From the NCBI GenBank assembly GCA_963169855.1, contig CAUJCN010000002.1, forward strand, positions 581,608-645,607: a stretch of 64,000 bases of DNA, read 5' to 3'. The notes under the pieces were generated by a model. That model saw only the letters and a program-made list of their open reading frames with translations, ran no database searches and was not told the origin of the DNA. Origin of the DNA: Patescibacteria group bacterium (GTDB taxonomy: Bacteria > Patescibacteriota > Dojkabacteria > J137). Both the position numbers and the translations under genes were made by a program. Shown here in pieces: positions 9,488-17,623 of this stretch (positions are counted from its first letter, which is position 1; every line of letters begins with the position of its first letter).

Positions 9488-10846
9488 TTAATAATATAAA
9501 TCGTTAAGTTCTGGTTGTTGAAGAATAAACCATTCATCTCTTTCAAAATTAGTGATTTCTTTAGTCAGAAAGTCCTTAAAACTTTTCATTACAATAAACT
9601 TTGAACCTTTCAATCCATTTATAATATCATTAGAAAGATCACTTCTTAAAACAACAGTAAAGTCCGCAGATTCCTTCAAAATTTTTCCAAGTTCAAAGTT
9701 CTTATCTTGATTCTCATCAGAAAGTTCTGGAATTCCAGCTGTAATCACAACTAACTTCTTTTTCAATTTGTCGGCTTGTTTTCTAGCTTCTTTAATTCCT
9801 GCCAGAGCCGTTGTAAAGCTGATATTATAAGAATCATCAATCCCATCAAACCCAAGAACATTGGTAAGTCGTTGTCTTCTATCAGGTAGTTCAAGTTTTG
9901 AAAGTGCATCGTCAATAAATCTCTGTTCAACATTTAACAATTCGCAAACTTTTAAAGCAAATGCTAAGTTGGTTTTATTTGAATCGGATAAATCATTTTT
10001 AACTTCAGAAGATGTAACTTCAAATCTACTTCGATTTCCAAAATCAATTTGATTCAACTCTAAGAAAACTTCAGATGTTGATATCAAGCTGGCAGTATCT
10101 TTAGAGTAAACGAAAGTTTCGCTAAGAGCTTTTGCAAGTTCATTTCTACCGTTAAATCTTATTAAATGCTGATCGCCAATATTAGTAAGAACTGCGATAT
10201 CAGGTTTTAAAATTCTAGTGCTTTTCCCAATTTCATCAACTACGTATGCATCAACCTCTGAAACCAAAAGTTCGGTATCTTTTTGAAGGTTGTTTTTAAT
10301 CCAAATTGCAATTCCAGTTGGTGTATTAATATTCCCAGGGATCATTTGTGTCTTGTATGAATACTTTACCAACTGGTGAACAAAGTTCTTTACAGTAGTT
10401 TTCCCATAACTTCCTGCAACAGTCACAACTTTCAGATTTTTCATTGAATCTCGAATCTCAGCAGCTTCTTTTCTAACTCCGCTTTTAACCCAATTATAGT
10501 AATAATTCAGAATAAAATTACTAGCTAAAACATAAAGAGGAATCAGAACAAAGTTAAAAGGTAGAAAGATCAAAAGGTTCAAAATAATAAGCAAAACAAT
10601 GTCAATGAGAAACAATGCCACTGCAAGAAATAGAGTAACTTTAACTCTTTTTGTGTACTTCAGATTATCTCTAACTTGGAAGTTTCTTCTGAAAAAGAAT
10701 TTTCGTAACCAGTAAATAAATCTATCAGATGAATATTCTTCTTGCTGAAGTATATACAAAAAATCCGCAAACGGAAAAACTATATTAAAGACTTTCGATA
10801 AATTTTTTAATAATTCCATATGATAAAAAAGGTGATTCTTGAACAA
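9488..10846 (-). CDS. murF: Mur ligase family protein, MurF-like, with an unusual N-terminal transmembrane region of about 130 aa
   Basis: P-loop VAGSYGKTT. It sits directly upstream of ddl (the classic murF-ddl pair). The listed start overlaps the upstream hydrolase gene by 62 nt, so the true start is uncertain. Confidence 0.5.
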   Translation of the reverse strand: MFKNHLFYHMELLKNLSKVFNIVFPFADFLYILQQEEYSSDRFIYWLRKFFFRRNFQVRDNLKYTKRVKVTLFLAVALFLIDIVLLIILNLLIFLPFNFVLIPLYVLASNFILNYYYNWVKSGVRKEAAEIRDSMKNLKVVTVAGSYGKTTVKNFVHQLVKYSYKTQMIPGNINTPTGIAIWIKNNLQKDTELLVSEVDAYVVDEIGKSTRILKPDIAVLTNIGDQHLIRFNGRNELAKALSETFVYSKDTASLISTSEVFLELNQIDFGNRSRFEVTSSEVKNDLSDSNKTNLAFALKVCELLNVEQRFIDDALSKLELPDRRQRLTNVLGFDGIDDSYNISFTTALAGIKEARKQADKLKKKLVVITAGIPELSDENQDKNFELGKILKESADFTVVLRSDLSNDIINGLKGSKFIVMKSFKDFLTKEITNFERDEWFILQQPELNDLYY

Positions 10847-11459
10847 CTTGATGTCCAGTATTTTGAATAATTTCTAACTTCGAATTATTAATCAACTGAT
10901 TAATCTCGTAAGCAATTCTTAAAGGAACAGGTTCGTCGTTTTCTCCCCACAAAAGCAGAGTAGGAGTATTAATTTTCTTTAACAATTCTGTTTGATCAAA
11001 TGGAACAACCTTTCTGAAGATTTTTCCGAGTCCACGTTTATCTGCGTCTGTAAGATCAACAGAAATTTTCTGAGGTTTGAGATTCAATTTGTTACTGATC
11101 CATTTCAAAACCTTGTATTTTTTTATCTTTAATTTAGTAATTAAAGTTGGTCTGTAGATCGATGGAGAACCTGTCAAAATTAGAGCTCTAAGCCACTCAG
11201 GTTGCTCACTTGCAATGAAGGTTGATATTCGTCCTCCGAAAGAATGGCCGAGTAAAATTACATCATTTAAATTCATTTTTGAAATTTTGCTCATTACCCA
11301 AGAAGCGTATTCAGGAATTCCCCAATCATCAGAAACTAGAGGCTCGTCACCAAATCCAGGAAGGTCAATCGCAATGACTTCGTTAGGTTCAAATCGTGAA
11401 GCAAATTCAACCCAAACTTTTCTATTTTGTCCCCAGCCGTGTAATACAACTATTTTCAT
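10785..11459 (-). CDS. alpha/beta hydrolase
   Basis: VVLHGWG, nucleophile elbow GHSFGG. Confidence 0.6.
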   Translation of the reverse strand: MKIVVLHGWGQNRKVWVEFASRFEPNEVIAIDLPGFGDEPLVSDDWGIPEYASWVMSKISKMNLNDVILLGHSFGGRISTFIASEQPEWLRALILTGSPSIYRPTLITKLKIKKYKVLKWISNKLNLKPQKISVDLTDADKRGLGKIFRKVVPFDQTELLKKINTPTLLLWGENDEPVPLRIAYEINQLINNSKLEIIQNTGHQVVQESPFLSYGIIKKFIESL

Positions 11460-11589
11460 AATTTTAGTATCTCATATTAAGTAATATTTGGTGTACGGCT
11501 CGCCACATGGCGAGAATATCAAAATCCAAAAATCAAATCTCTAAAGATGAAACAGAAGAAACTTGACGTTTTAAAAAAATCGATTTTCG

Positions 11590-12072
11590 GTGATATACTG
11601 GAATATTATGGAAATTCCTAAAACCCCAGAAAGAAGATTAACCTCAACTCATTTATCTGCAATTGTGGATGAGCTTGGAAGAGATGACACAACAGATCCG
11701 TATTTTCAATATGCTCCTGTGGAAGGTGTCTTTGCACACAATCAACAACTAGGTGCAAAAAGAAATAGCGAACAATTCTTAAGAGCACTCTTTAGATTTT
11801 GGAAGAAGAGTAGAGATTCTGATAGAGAACTTCCAAGCTTGGAATTTGTGGCGGATCTAAAAATTCATTTTAAAGATAATTTCAATTTGGATTTGTATGT
11901 GCAGAACTTGAGAGAAGTCGTAGGGAAGGTTAAAGAAGTCGAAGATGACACTTTTAAGTTGTATTTAAAAAAATTTTTGAAAATACTTTTCAACATTGCA
12001 TATACACATCACCGAGTTGGGTTTCAGCACATTAATGATATTGGTTTGCTGGAATCACAGCTAGAAATTTGA
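11590..12072 (+). CDS. hypothetical protein
   Basis: ORF only. Confidence 0.3.
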   Translation: MIYWNIMEIPKTPERRLTSTHLSAIVDELGRDDTTDPYFQYAPVEGVFAHNQQLGAKRNSEQFLRALFRFWKKSRDSDRELPSLEFVADLKIHFKDNFNLDLYVQNLREVVGKVKEVEDDTFKLYLKKFLKILFNIAYTHHRVGFQHINDIGLLESQLEI

Positions 12073-12097
12073 TGTACACCAGTCTTTACTAAATATT

Positions 12098-12802
12098 ATG
12101 AAACTTTCAGGATTAATTTTTGCAGCTGGACTCGGAACTCGCCTAAGACCAATAACTTTAACTACACCAAAGCCTTTAGTAAAGGTAAATGAAAAACCAA
12201 TTCTTGAATATCAAATTGATTGGTTTGTTTCTTTAGGAATTTCAGAAATATTTATAAACACACATTATCTTTCTGCTCAATTCCTGTATCTTACAGAAAA
12301 ATACAAAGACCAATGTAAAATTATTCTAATAAATGAACCAGAGATTTTAGGTCACGGAGGAACTTTGGTTGAAGTTTTCAAACACACAGATAATCAAATC
12401 TTAACTTGCAATGGAGATACAATTATAAAAATTTCAAACGAAGATATTCAAAAGCTAATTGAACTTCAGAATGCAATTGTTCTTTACAAAAAGGATTCAG
12501 ATGTTTTGGGTTTCGATGAAGAAAACAACTTGATTAGACTAAGAGATATGAAAATTTCCAATTCTAAAGAAACATACTCAGCTGATTTTGCTGGAATAGC
12601 AGTATTCACAAAAGACTACATTGAATTCTCAGAACATCCCGTAGGATTTTTAGGATTGTTTGGAAATAAGGATATCATAGAAATAAACGGTAAATCTGGA
12701 AAACTAATCAAGGGCTTAATTCCGTCAGAAATTTCCAGATATGAAATAACAGTTCAAGAAGATATTCATAAAGTCGAAGAATTACTTAAGCAAAATGAAT
12801 AG
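12098..12802 (+). CDS. sugar-phosphate nucleotidyltransferase
   Basis: N-terminal GxGxRLxPxTxxxPKPL signature (AAGLGTRLRPITLTTPKPLV). Confidence 0.6.
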   Translation: MKLSGLIFAAGLGTRLRPITLTTPKPLVKVNEKPILEYQIDWFVSLGISEIFINTHYLSAQFLYLTEKYKDQCKIILINEPEILGHGGTLVEVFKHTDNQILTCNGDTIIKISNEDIQKLIELQNAIVLYKKDSDVLGFDEENNLIRLRDMKISNSKETYSADFAGIAVFTKDYIEFSEHPVGFLGLFGNKDIIEINGKSGKLIKGLIPSEISRYEITVQEDIHKVEELLKQNE

Positions 12803-13349
12803 AGGTGTATTTGTAATAATTAGAAAACTGATCGAAGAACAGCACGTTTACTTGTGTTTAAATCGCCGAGATCCAGTTTTGAAGTATCCAGCTGGAGTCT
12901 TTGAATTACCAGGTGGTGGAGTGGATGAAGGTGAAGATTTAAAATCAGCAGTTACCAGAGAGGTTCTCGAAGAGTTGGGTTGGGATATTTCGGAAATCCA
13001 AGGTCAACTAAGCTTTTTTAGTGATTTTGCAAAACCTGGGTCGGAAAGTAGCTACTATGTTTTAGATCTTCCAACAGAATGGGATTTAGAAATCACTTTG
13101 AGCCATGAACACGTTGGCTTTAGCTGGAAAACGATTCAGCAAATAGATGGACTCAAAAGATACGATATGATCGCTCTGATAAGAGATATGATATGTCTTG
13201 TAGATGGAGATTTAACTAGAACAGGTGTTGATGGAGACTTTTACTTCGAATTAGCAGACGGAGCTTACAGATGTCGTTATGGAGAGAAGCGGATTTCACT
13301 TTCAGAGAACAGGGAAGAATTGCCAATTTCTTTACTGAATAAGGTATAA
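12795..13349 (+). CDS. NUDIX hydrolase
   Basis: Nudix box GGGVDEGEDLKSAVTREVLEELG. Confidence 0.6.
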   Translation: MNRGVFVIIRKLIEEQHVYLCLNRRDPVLKYPAGVFELPGGGVDEGEDLKSAVTREVLEELGWDISEIQGQLSFFSDFAKPGSESSYYVLDLPTEWDLEITLSHEHVGFSWKTIQQIDGLKRYDMIALIRDMICLVDGDLTRTGVDGDFYFELADGAYRCRYGEKRISLSENREELPISLLNKV

Positions 13350-13369
13350 TTGGGTATTTACATTACCTT

Positions 13370-13864
13370 ATGAACGTTCTTTACATTCCTGGCTTTTCAG
13401 CTAAAAATTTAGCAGAAATGAATGTTAACTCACAAGCACTAGAATCTAGTGGGCATTCTGTGACAAAAGTGAATTGGGAACACTGGGGTAATCCGGATGC
13501 TTCTTGGAATCTAGAAATTGCCCTAGAATTGATAAGAAGTTTAAAGGTAACTCCAGACATTATTGTCGCAAAGTCAATTGGGACACTCGGAGCAGTGAAT
13601 TTTTTAAAAGAAACTCAATTCTCAAAAATTATTCTACTCGGTATTCCTGTATTGGATTTAAGCGAAGAAGATTTGAAATCGTATTCAGTATTGAAGGATT
13701 TCAAGAACAGAGTTGTTCTTGTCCATAATAGATTTGATAATCATGGAACTTTGGAAGATTTGTCAAAACACATAGATCTATCAGAATTCGATGTGAGAGT
13801 AGTTGAGGCGGATCATCATTCTTATCAATATCCAGAACTTGTAACTCAATTAGTAAATGAATAA
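13370..13864 (+). CDS. small alpha/beta-fold serine hydrolase-like protein
   Basis: YIPGF N-terminus and AKSIGT nucleophile-like motif; about 160 aa. Confidence 0.35.
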   Translation: MNVLYIPGFSAKNLAEMNVNSQALESSGHSVTKVNWEHWGNPDASWNLEIALELIRSLKVTPDIIVAKSIGTLGAVNFLKETQFSKIILLGIPVLDLSEEDLKSYSVLKDFKNRVVLVHNRFDNHGTLEDLSKHIDLSEFDVRVVEADHHSYQYPELVTQLVNE

Positions 13865-15041
13865 TCAACCTTTAATTCTTGCAATAGATACTTCTTGCGA
13901 TGAGACATCCGTTGCAGTTTTGCGTGGTTTTAGAATACTTTCAAATTTACTTCCTTCTCAGGCAGCTATGCATCGTGAGTGGGGTGGAGTAGTTCCAAGT
14001 TTGGCTAAACTTGCTCATCAAGAAAAAATTGATGGTGTTGTGACAAGAGCTTTGAAACTTTCTGGAGTGCAGATCGAGAATATTGATGTTTTCGCTGTAA
14101 CTTATGGTCCAGGACTCGCAATTGCATTAGAAATCGGTATTAAAAAAGCAAAAGAGTTGGCCACAAAATACAACAAACCACTTATTGCCGTTAATCATAT
14201 GGAAGGTCATTTGTTTTCTGCTTTTGCAGAAAGGAAATCTCAAAAAGCAAATTTAGCCGATCAGCAAGAAGTAGATCCCGCATTTAATGCGGGATCTGGT
14301 TCCTTACCAGCACTGGGTGTTTTGGTTTCGGGAGGTCATACAGAATTTATTTTGGTAAATGGGTATGGTTCTTACAAGTTACTTGGAGAAACTTTAGACG
14401 ATGCATGCGGAGAAGCTTACGATAAATGCGGAAGACTTTTAGGACTAGGTTATCCAGCTGGCCCAGCTATTACCAAGTTTGCGAAAGAAAGAAGAAAATC
14501 AGTAAATGTTGAGTTTAAAAATGACATGCAATCATATGTAGCCACACTTACACATAGCTCGAGTAGATCCCTTGTCGAGCAAGGGATGACAAAACAATAT
14601 TCACTACCTGTTCCAATGGCGAATTCAAAAGACTTCAACATGAGTTATTCCGGTTTGAAATCTGCGTTCTCTCGTTTAGTTTCGGAAAACGAGATGACTA
14701 AAGAATTTGTTATGGATATGTGCGTTTTGTTTGAAGCTGTTGCTCTTAAACAAGTTACACTAAAGATTCAACAGATTCTAAAAACACATTCCGTTAAAGA
14801 AATTTGGCTGGGTGGAGGTGTGGTTGCCAGCCCACGATTACGATCCGAAGTCAGAAAAGTGTTCAAAGGAAAAGTTAGATTTCCACATACAAAAAAACTT
14901 ACAGGAGATAACGCTGCAATGATTGCAGTTGCTGCTAATTTGAAAGTTCAAAACTACGGATTTGATCATAATCCAGAAAAAGGGGTCTTCCTCAAAGATT
15001 TCGAAAAAATCGATCGAGACCCAAGTCTTACTCTTGCATAA
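13857..15041 (+). CDS. tsaD: tRNA N6-adenosine threonylcarbamoyltransferase (Kae1/TsaD), with an internal insertion
   Basis: ILAIDTSCDETSVAV, HMEGH and SGGHTE motifs. Confidence 0.8.
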   Translation: MNNQPLILAIDTSCDETSVAVLRGFRILSNLLPSQAAMHREWGGVVPSLAKLAHQEKIDGVVTRALKLSGVQIENIDVFAVTYGPGLAIALEIGIKKAKELATKYNKPLIAVNHMEGHLFSAFAERKSQKANLADQQEVDPAFNAGSGSLPALGVLVSGGHTEFILVNGYGSYKLLGETLDDACGEAYDKCGRLLGLGYPAGPAITKFAKERRKSVNVEFKNDMQSYVATLTHSSSRSLVEQGMTKQYSLPVPMANSKDFNMSYSGLKSAFSRLVSENEMTKEFVMDMCVLFEAVALKQVTLKIQQILKTHSVKEIWLGGGVVASPRLRSEVRKVFKGKVRFPHTKKLTGDNAAMIAVAANLKVQNYGFDHNPEKGVFLKDFEKIDRDPSLTLA

Positions 15042-15059
15042 TCCAACATACATGATATT

Positions 15060-15215
15060 ATCCACGTATCCCAAGGACGTCCAGCCTAGGGAAATCCTTA
15101 AGGAAAGGAGGAGCTTCATCATGATGAGCTGCTGCTTTACCGCCACCTAGTCGCAGGCCGTGACATGGTGGCACCTTAACCGAGGCGCAGGAGGAAACCC
15201 CTCCTGCGTCTCACA
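15060..15215. ncRNA. candidate structured small RNA (GC-rich island between convergent genes); identity unresolved
   Basis: About 55% GC in a 35% GC background. It contains a 13-bp stem GAGGCGCAGGAGG/CCTCCTGCGTCTC, a CCACC...GGTGG stem and an AGCUUCAUCAUGAUGAGCU hairpin. Confidence 0.25.
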
Positions 15216-15218
15216 AAC

Positions 15219-16001
15219 CTAGAAAGGAAAACTATGAACTTCTCCAGAACGTGTCTTCACCAAAATCTTCGAGTTAGATGAATTAGAGAAATTATGAAAA
15301 TCTAAGTCATGAACATTAGAATGAGAATCTTCAGAAAGAATATGAGCTTTTGTTAAGGAATCAGTATTAATCAAAACAAAATCAGGATCAGTGAAGAGAG
15401 GAGTATGGCCGAACTTTGTAGAACTTTGTTTTGGCGTACTTCGATCGTATTCAGAAATAATTACAGCACTATTTGCAATTCCTAAATCAGAATCATGTTG
15501 GGCTGTTCCAAGTTGTGGAATTTGAATTCTCCATTCTTCATTTCCAGTTGCAGAATACAAATTTGAGTAAAGGATTAGAAAGTCATCAAAGTTATTTTCT
15601 GCAGAAAGAAAGTGTTTTACCGCATCAAGAATGAAAGGTGTTTTAATTCCGCGAGAGTTGAAGGTAAGTTCGTTATCCTTTACAATTTTGTTTCTTTCTC
15701 TGTCTATCTGCAAAAAGAATCCACCAGTATCGTCACTAAAGAAATGTTTATCGGGATTAATCTTTTGAACCTCAATTAACAAATCTAGAAATTTTATAAA
15801 CTCAGGAGAAACATCAATTGGTAATCCAGTTTCAGAATGATTGAATTTATTGGCGGAACTTCCTTTTACTGCAGAGTTCAAATCATTGTCGGTAAACTTA
15901 ATAAAAGATGAAAGTGCTTCTGCGAATTTATCAGGAACTTCTGATCTTGATCGCAACAACACTTCGCTAGTACCGTAAGGAAATCGGATTTGATATATCA
16001 T
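15219..16001 (-). CDS. hypothetical protein, possibly a divergent ApbE-like protein
   Basis: Weak resemblance only (ILDAV...FLILYSNLYSATG vs GYAVD...LVNLGGDL). Confidence 0.25.
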   Translation of the reverse strand: MIYQIRFPYGTSEVLLRSRSEVPDKFAEALSSFIKFTDNDLNSAVKGSSANKFNHSETGLPIDVSPEFIKFLDLLIEVQKINPDKHFFSDDTGGFFLQIDRERNKIVKDNELTFNSRGIKTPFILDAVKHFLSAENNFDDFLILYSNLYSATGNEEWRIQIPQLGTAQHDSDLGIANSAVIISEYDRSTPKQSSTKFGHTPLFTDPDFVLINTDSLTKAHILSEDSHSNVHDLDFHNFSNSSNSKILVKTRSGEVHSFPF

Positions 16002-16174
16002 ATAGATAGTATAAGGTAAAAGGGGTAAAGATCAAAGATAAAAGATTAAACTTCAAATCTCGACAGTAGTTCAAATATTTTCTACCTTTTGGTTTTGTTC
16101 TTTTAACCTTTTAAAATTGGCGATTACTTGAACTTTCCTTTATTATGTAAGTAGAAAAATCTTAGTGTATACAA

Positions 16175-16738
16175 ATGCCAGTTAAACGACCTTTTAATTT
16201 ACTACAACCCATTAAACCAGCACTCACATTGTGGGACAAAATTTACGACTGGGTTTTATGGAGAGCGAGAATTGTAATTCTGGTAACAATAATTCTAATT
16301 ACTGGGATTTTCGTTGGGAAAGTCGTTGTGGATACAGATGCAAAAAACAAAACTAAAGAAATTGCTTCTGTAGAATCAAGATTGAAGGTTTTAGAAACAG
16401 CATATGAATCTGAATTCAGAAATCTTTTTAGAAGAGAAGATGATTACGAAGAACTTTGGAATGTTGGTTCAGCTTACACAGCAGTTATTCAAGAAATAGG
16501 AAGTTACATAGGAGGAAATGTAAATTTAAATGTAAGAGTTCAAGATAACAAAATTACTATTTTTGGAACTGAAGATTTGAGTGTATTAAATCAAGTAGAG
16601 GTAGCGATGAAAAGTTCTACTTCTTTCAAAAACGTTTTTGTAAACAGCTTAACAGTTGATTCGGGACAAGAAGGTTTGAACCAAGGAGATTATATTTTAT
16701 CTGCAGAAATAGTTGCAGCCGAAAGACCACAATTGTAA
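16175..16738 (+). CDS. pilN: PilN-like type IV pilus assembly protein
   Basis: The N-terminal RPFNLLQP matches the PilN INLLP motif, followed by a single TM helix and a coiled coil; 187 aa. Confidence 0.45.
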   Translation: MPVKRPFNLLQPIKPALTLWDKIYDWVLWRARIVILVTIILITGIFVGKVVVDTDAKNKTKEIASVESRLKVLETAYESEFRNLFRREDDYEELWNVGSAYTAVIQEIGSYIGGNVNLNVRVQDNKITIFGTEDLSVLNQVEVAMKSSTSFKNVFVNSLTVDSGQEGLNQGDYILSAEIVAAERPQL

Positions 16739-17379
16739 TGGACGCACAAAAATCTAGACGACAAAGATTAAACGAATTATTAGAAACCACAAAAGGTAAA
16801 ACCTACTTTGTTGTTTTCGTAACGTTTGGATTTACAGCTTTGATGATTTTGATGGGATTACTTCCTTCATACTCAGCATTTGTAAAACAGTTAGAGCAGA
16901 ATCAGCGTAGAGCAGAGCATATAACAAATCTAAAAGGAAAACTAAGCGTGATGGAAGATCTTGTTGTTGAGAACCAAGAAAAAGAAGCAATCAAAAACAT
17001 TTTCAACAAAATTATGCCAAACGGATTTAATCAAGTTGATTATGTTTTAGAGATAGAGGAGTTCGCTAGAACAAGCGGATTAGGTTTGAATGGATTAACT
17101 TTTGCAATTTCTGATGATGTAGCAAATTCTATTCCAAGTGTTCGATTAGACGACAAAGTAAGAGGAATGATGATTAATATTCAATTAGATGGAGATAGAG
17201 AAGCTTTGCCTGAATTCATTCTAGATTTAGAAAACTCGATCAGGCTTTACACAATTAAAGATTTGACGTCAATTAGAAAATCAGATGGAGAGCTTGCCGA
17301 AGATGGATTCTTGCGACCTTACAGATTTACGCTTTTAGTAGAAACTTATTATTTCGACACACAAGTACAAGATGAATAA
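16738..17379 (+). CDS. PilO-like membrane-anchored coiled-coil protein
   Basis: Single N-terminal TM and coiled coil; 213 aa; translationally coupled to the PilN-like gene. Confidence 0.35.
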   Translation: MDAQKSRRQRLNELLETTKGKTYFVVFVTFGFTALMILMGLLPSYSAFVKQLEQNQRRAEHITNLKGKLSVMEDLVVENQEKEAIKNIFNKIMPNGFNQVDYVLEIEEFARTSGLGLNGLTFAISDDVANSIPSVRLDDKVRGMMINIQLDGDREALPEFILDLENSIRLYTIKDLTSIRKSDGELAEDGFLRPYRFTLLVETYYFDTQVQDE

Positions 17380-17620
17380 AGCCTGGAGAAACTTATTAAT
17401 AATCGGAATTATAGCTTTGGGAGCAACTATTGCTTGGGAAATATATCAAGCTGCGGATGGTGGAAGGGAGAACTTCAATCCATTTGTAAATCAACTTCCA
17501 AACGACGAATTATTCTCAGATGAACTTGAAAAACACATTCAAGATGGCCAAGCAAATCTTGTTCTAAACGAACCTGTTGTTCAAGAAACTGACGAAACTA
17601 TTTTAGAGACTGAAGAATAA
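17372..17620 (+). CDS. small membrane-anchored protein, third gene of the pil-like operon
   Basis: N-terminal TM; overlaps the upstream gene by 8 nt. Confidence 0.25.
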   Translation: MNKAWRNLLIIGIIALGATIAWEIYQAADGGRENFNPFVNQLPNDELFSDELEKHIQDGQANLVLNEPVVQETDETILETEE

Positions 17621-17623
17621 TTT

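Noticed and set aside
11490-11512. GCTCGCC-acat-GGCGAGC hairpin between divergent genes.
   Set aside because: It is an isolated short hairpin in a promoter region with no U-tract. No function can be assigned from sequence.
14838-15150. Small ORFs 14838-15146 (minus) and 14962-15150 (plus).
   Set aside because: They overlap the tsaD 3' end and the structured GC-rich element, so they are probably non-coding.
15060-15215. tmRNA or RNase P identity for the GC-rich element.
   Set aside because: It is too short (about 155 nt). It lacks a tRNA-Ala-like acceptor and CCA-proximal T-arm, has no tag-peptide ORF ending in AA, and lacks the P4 consensus.
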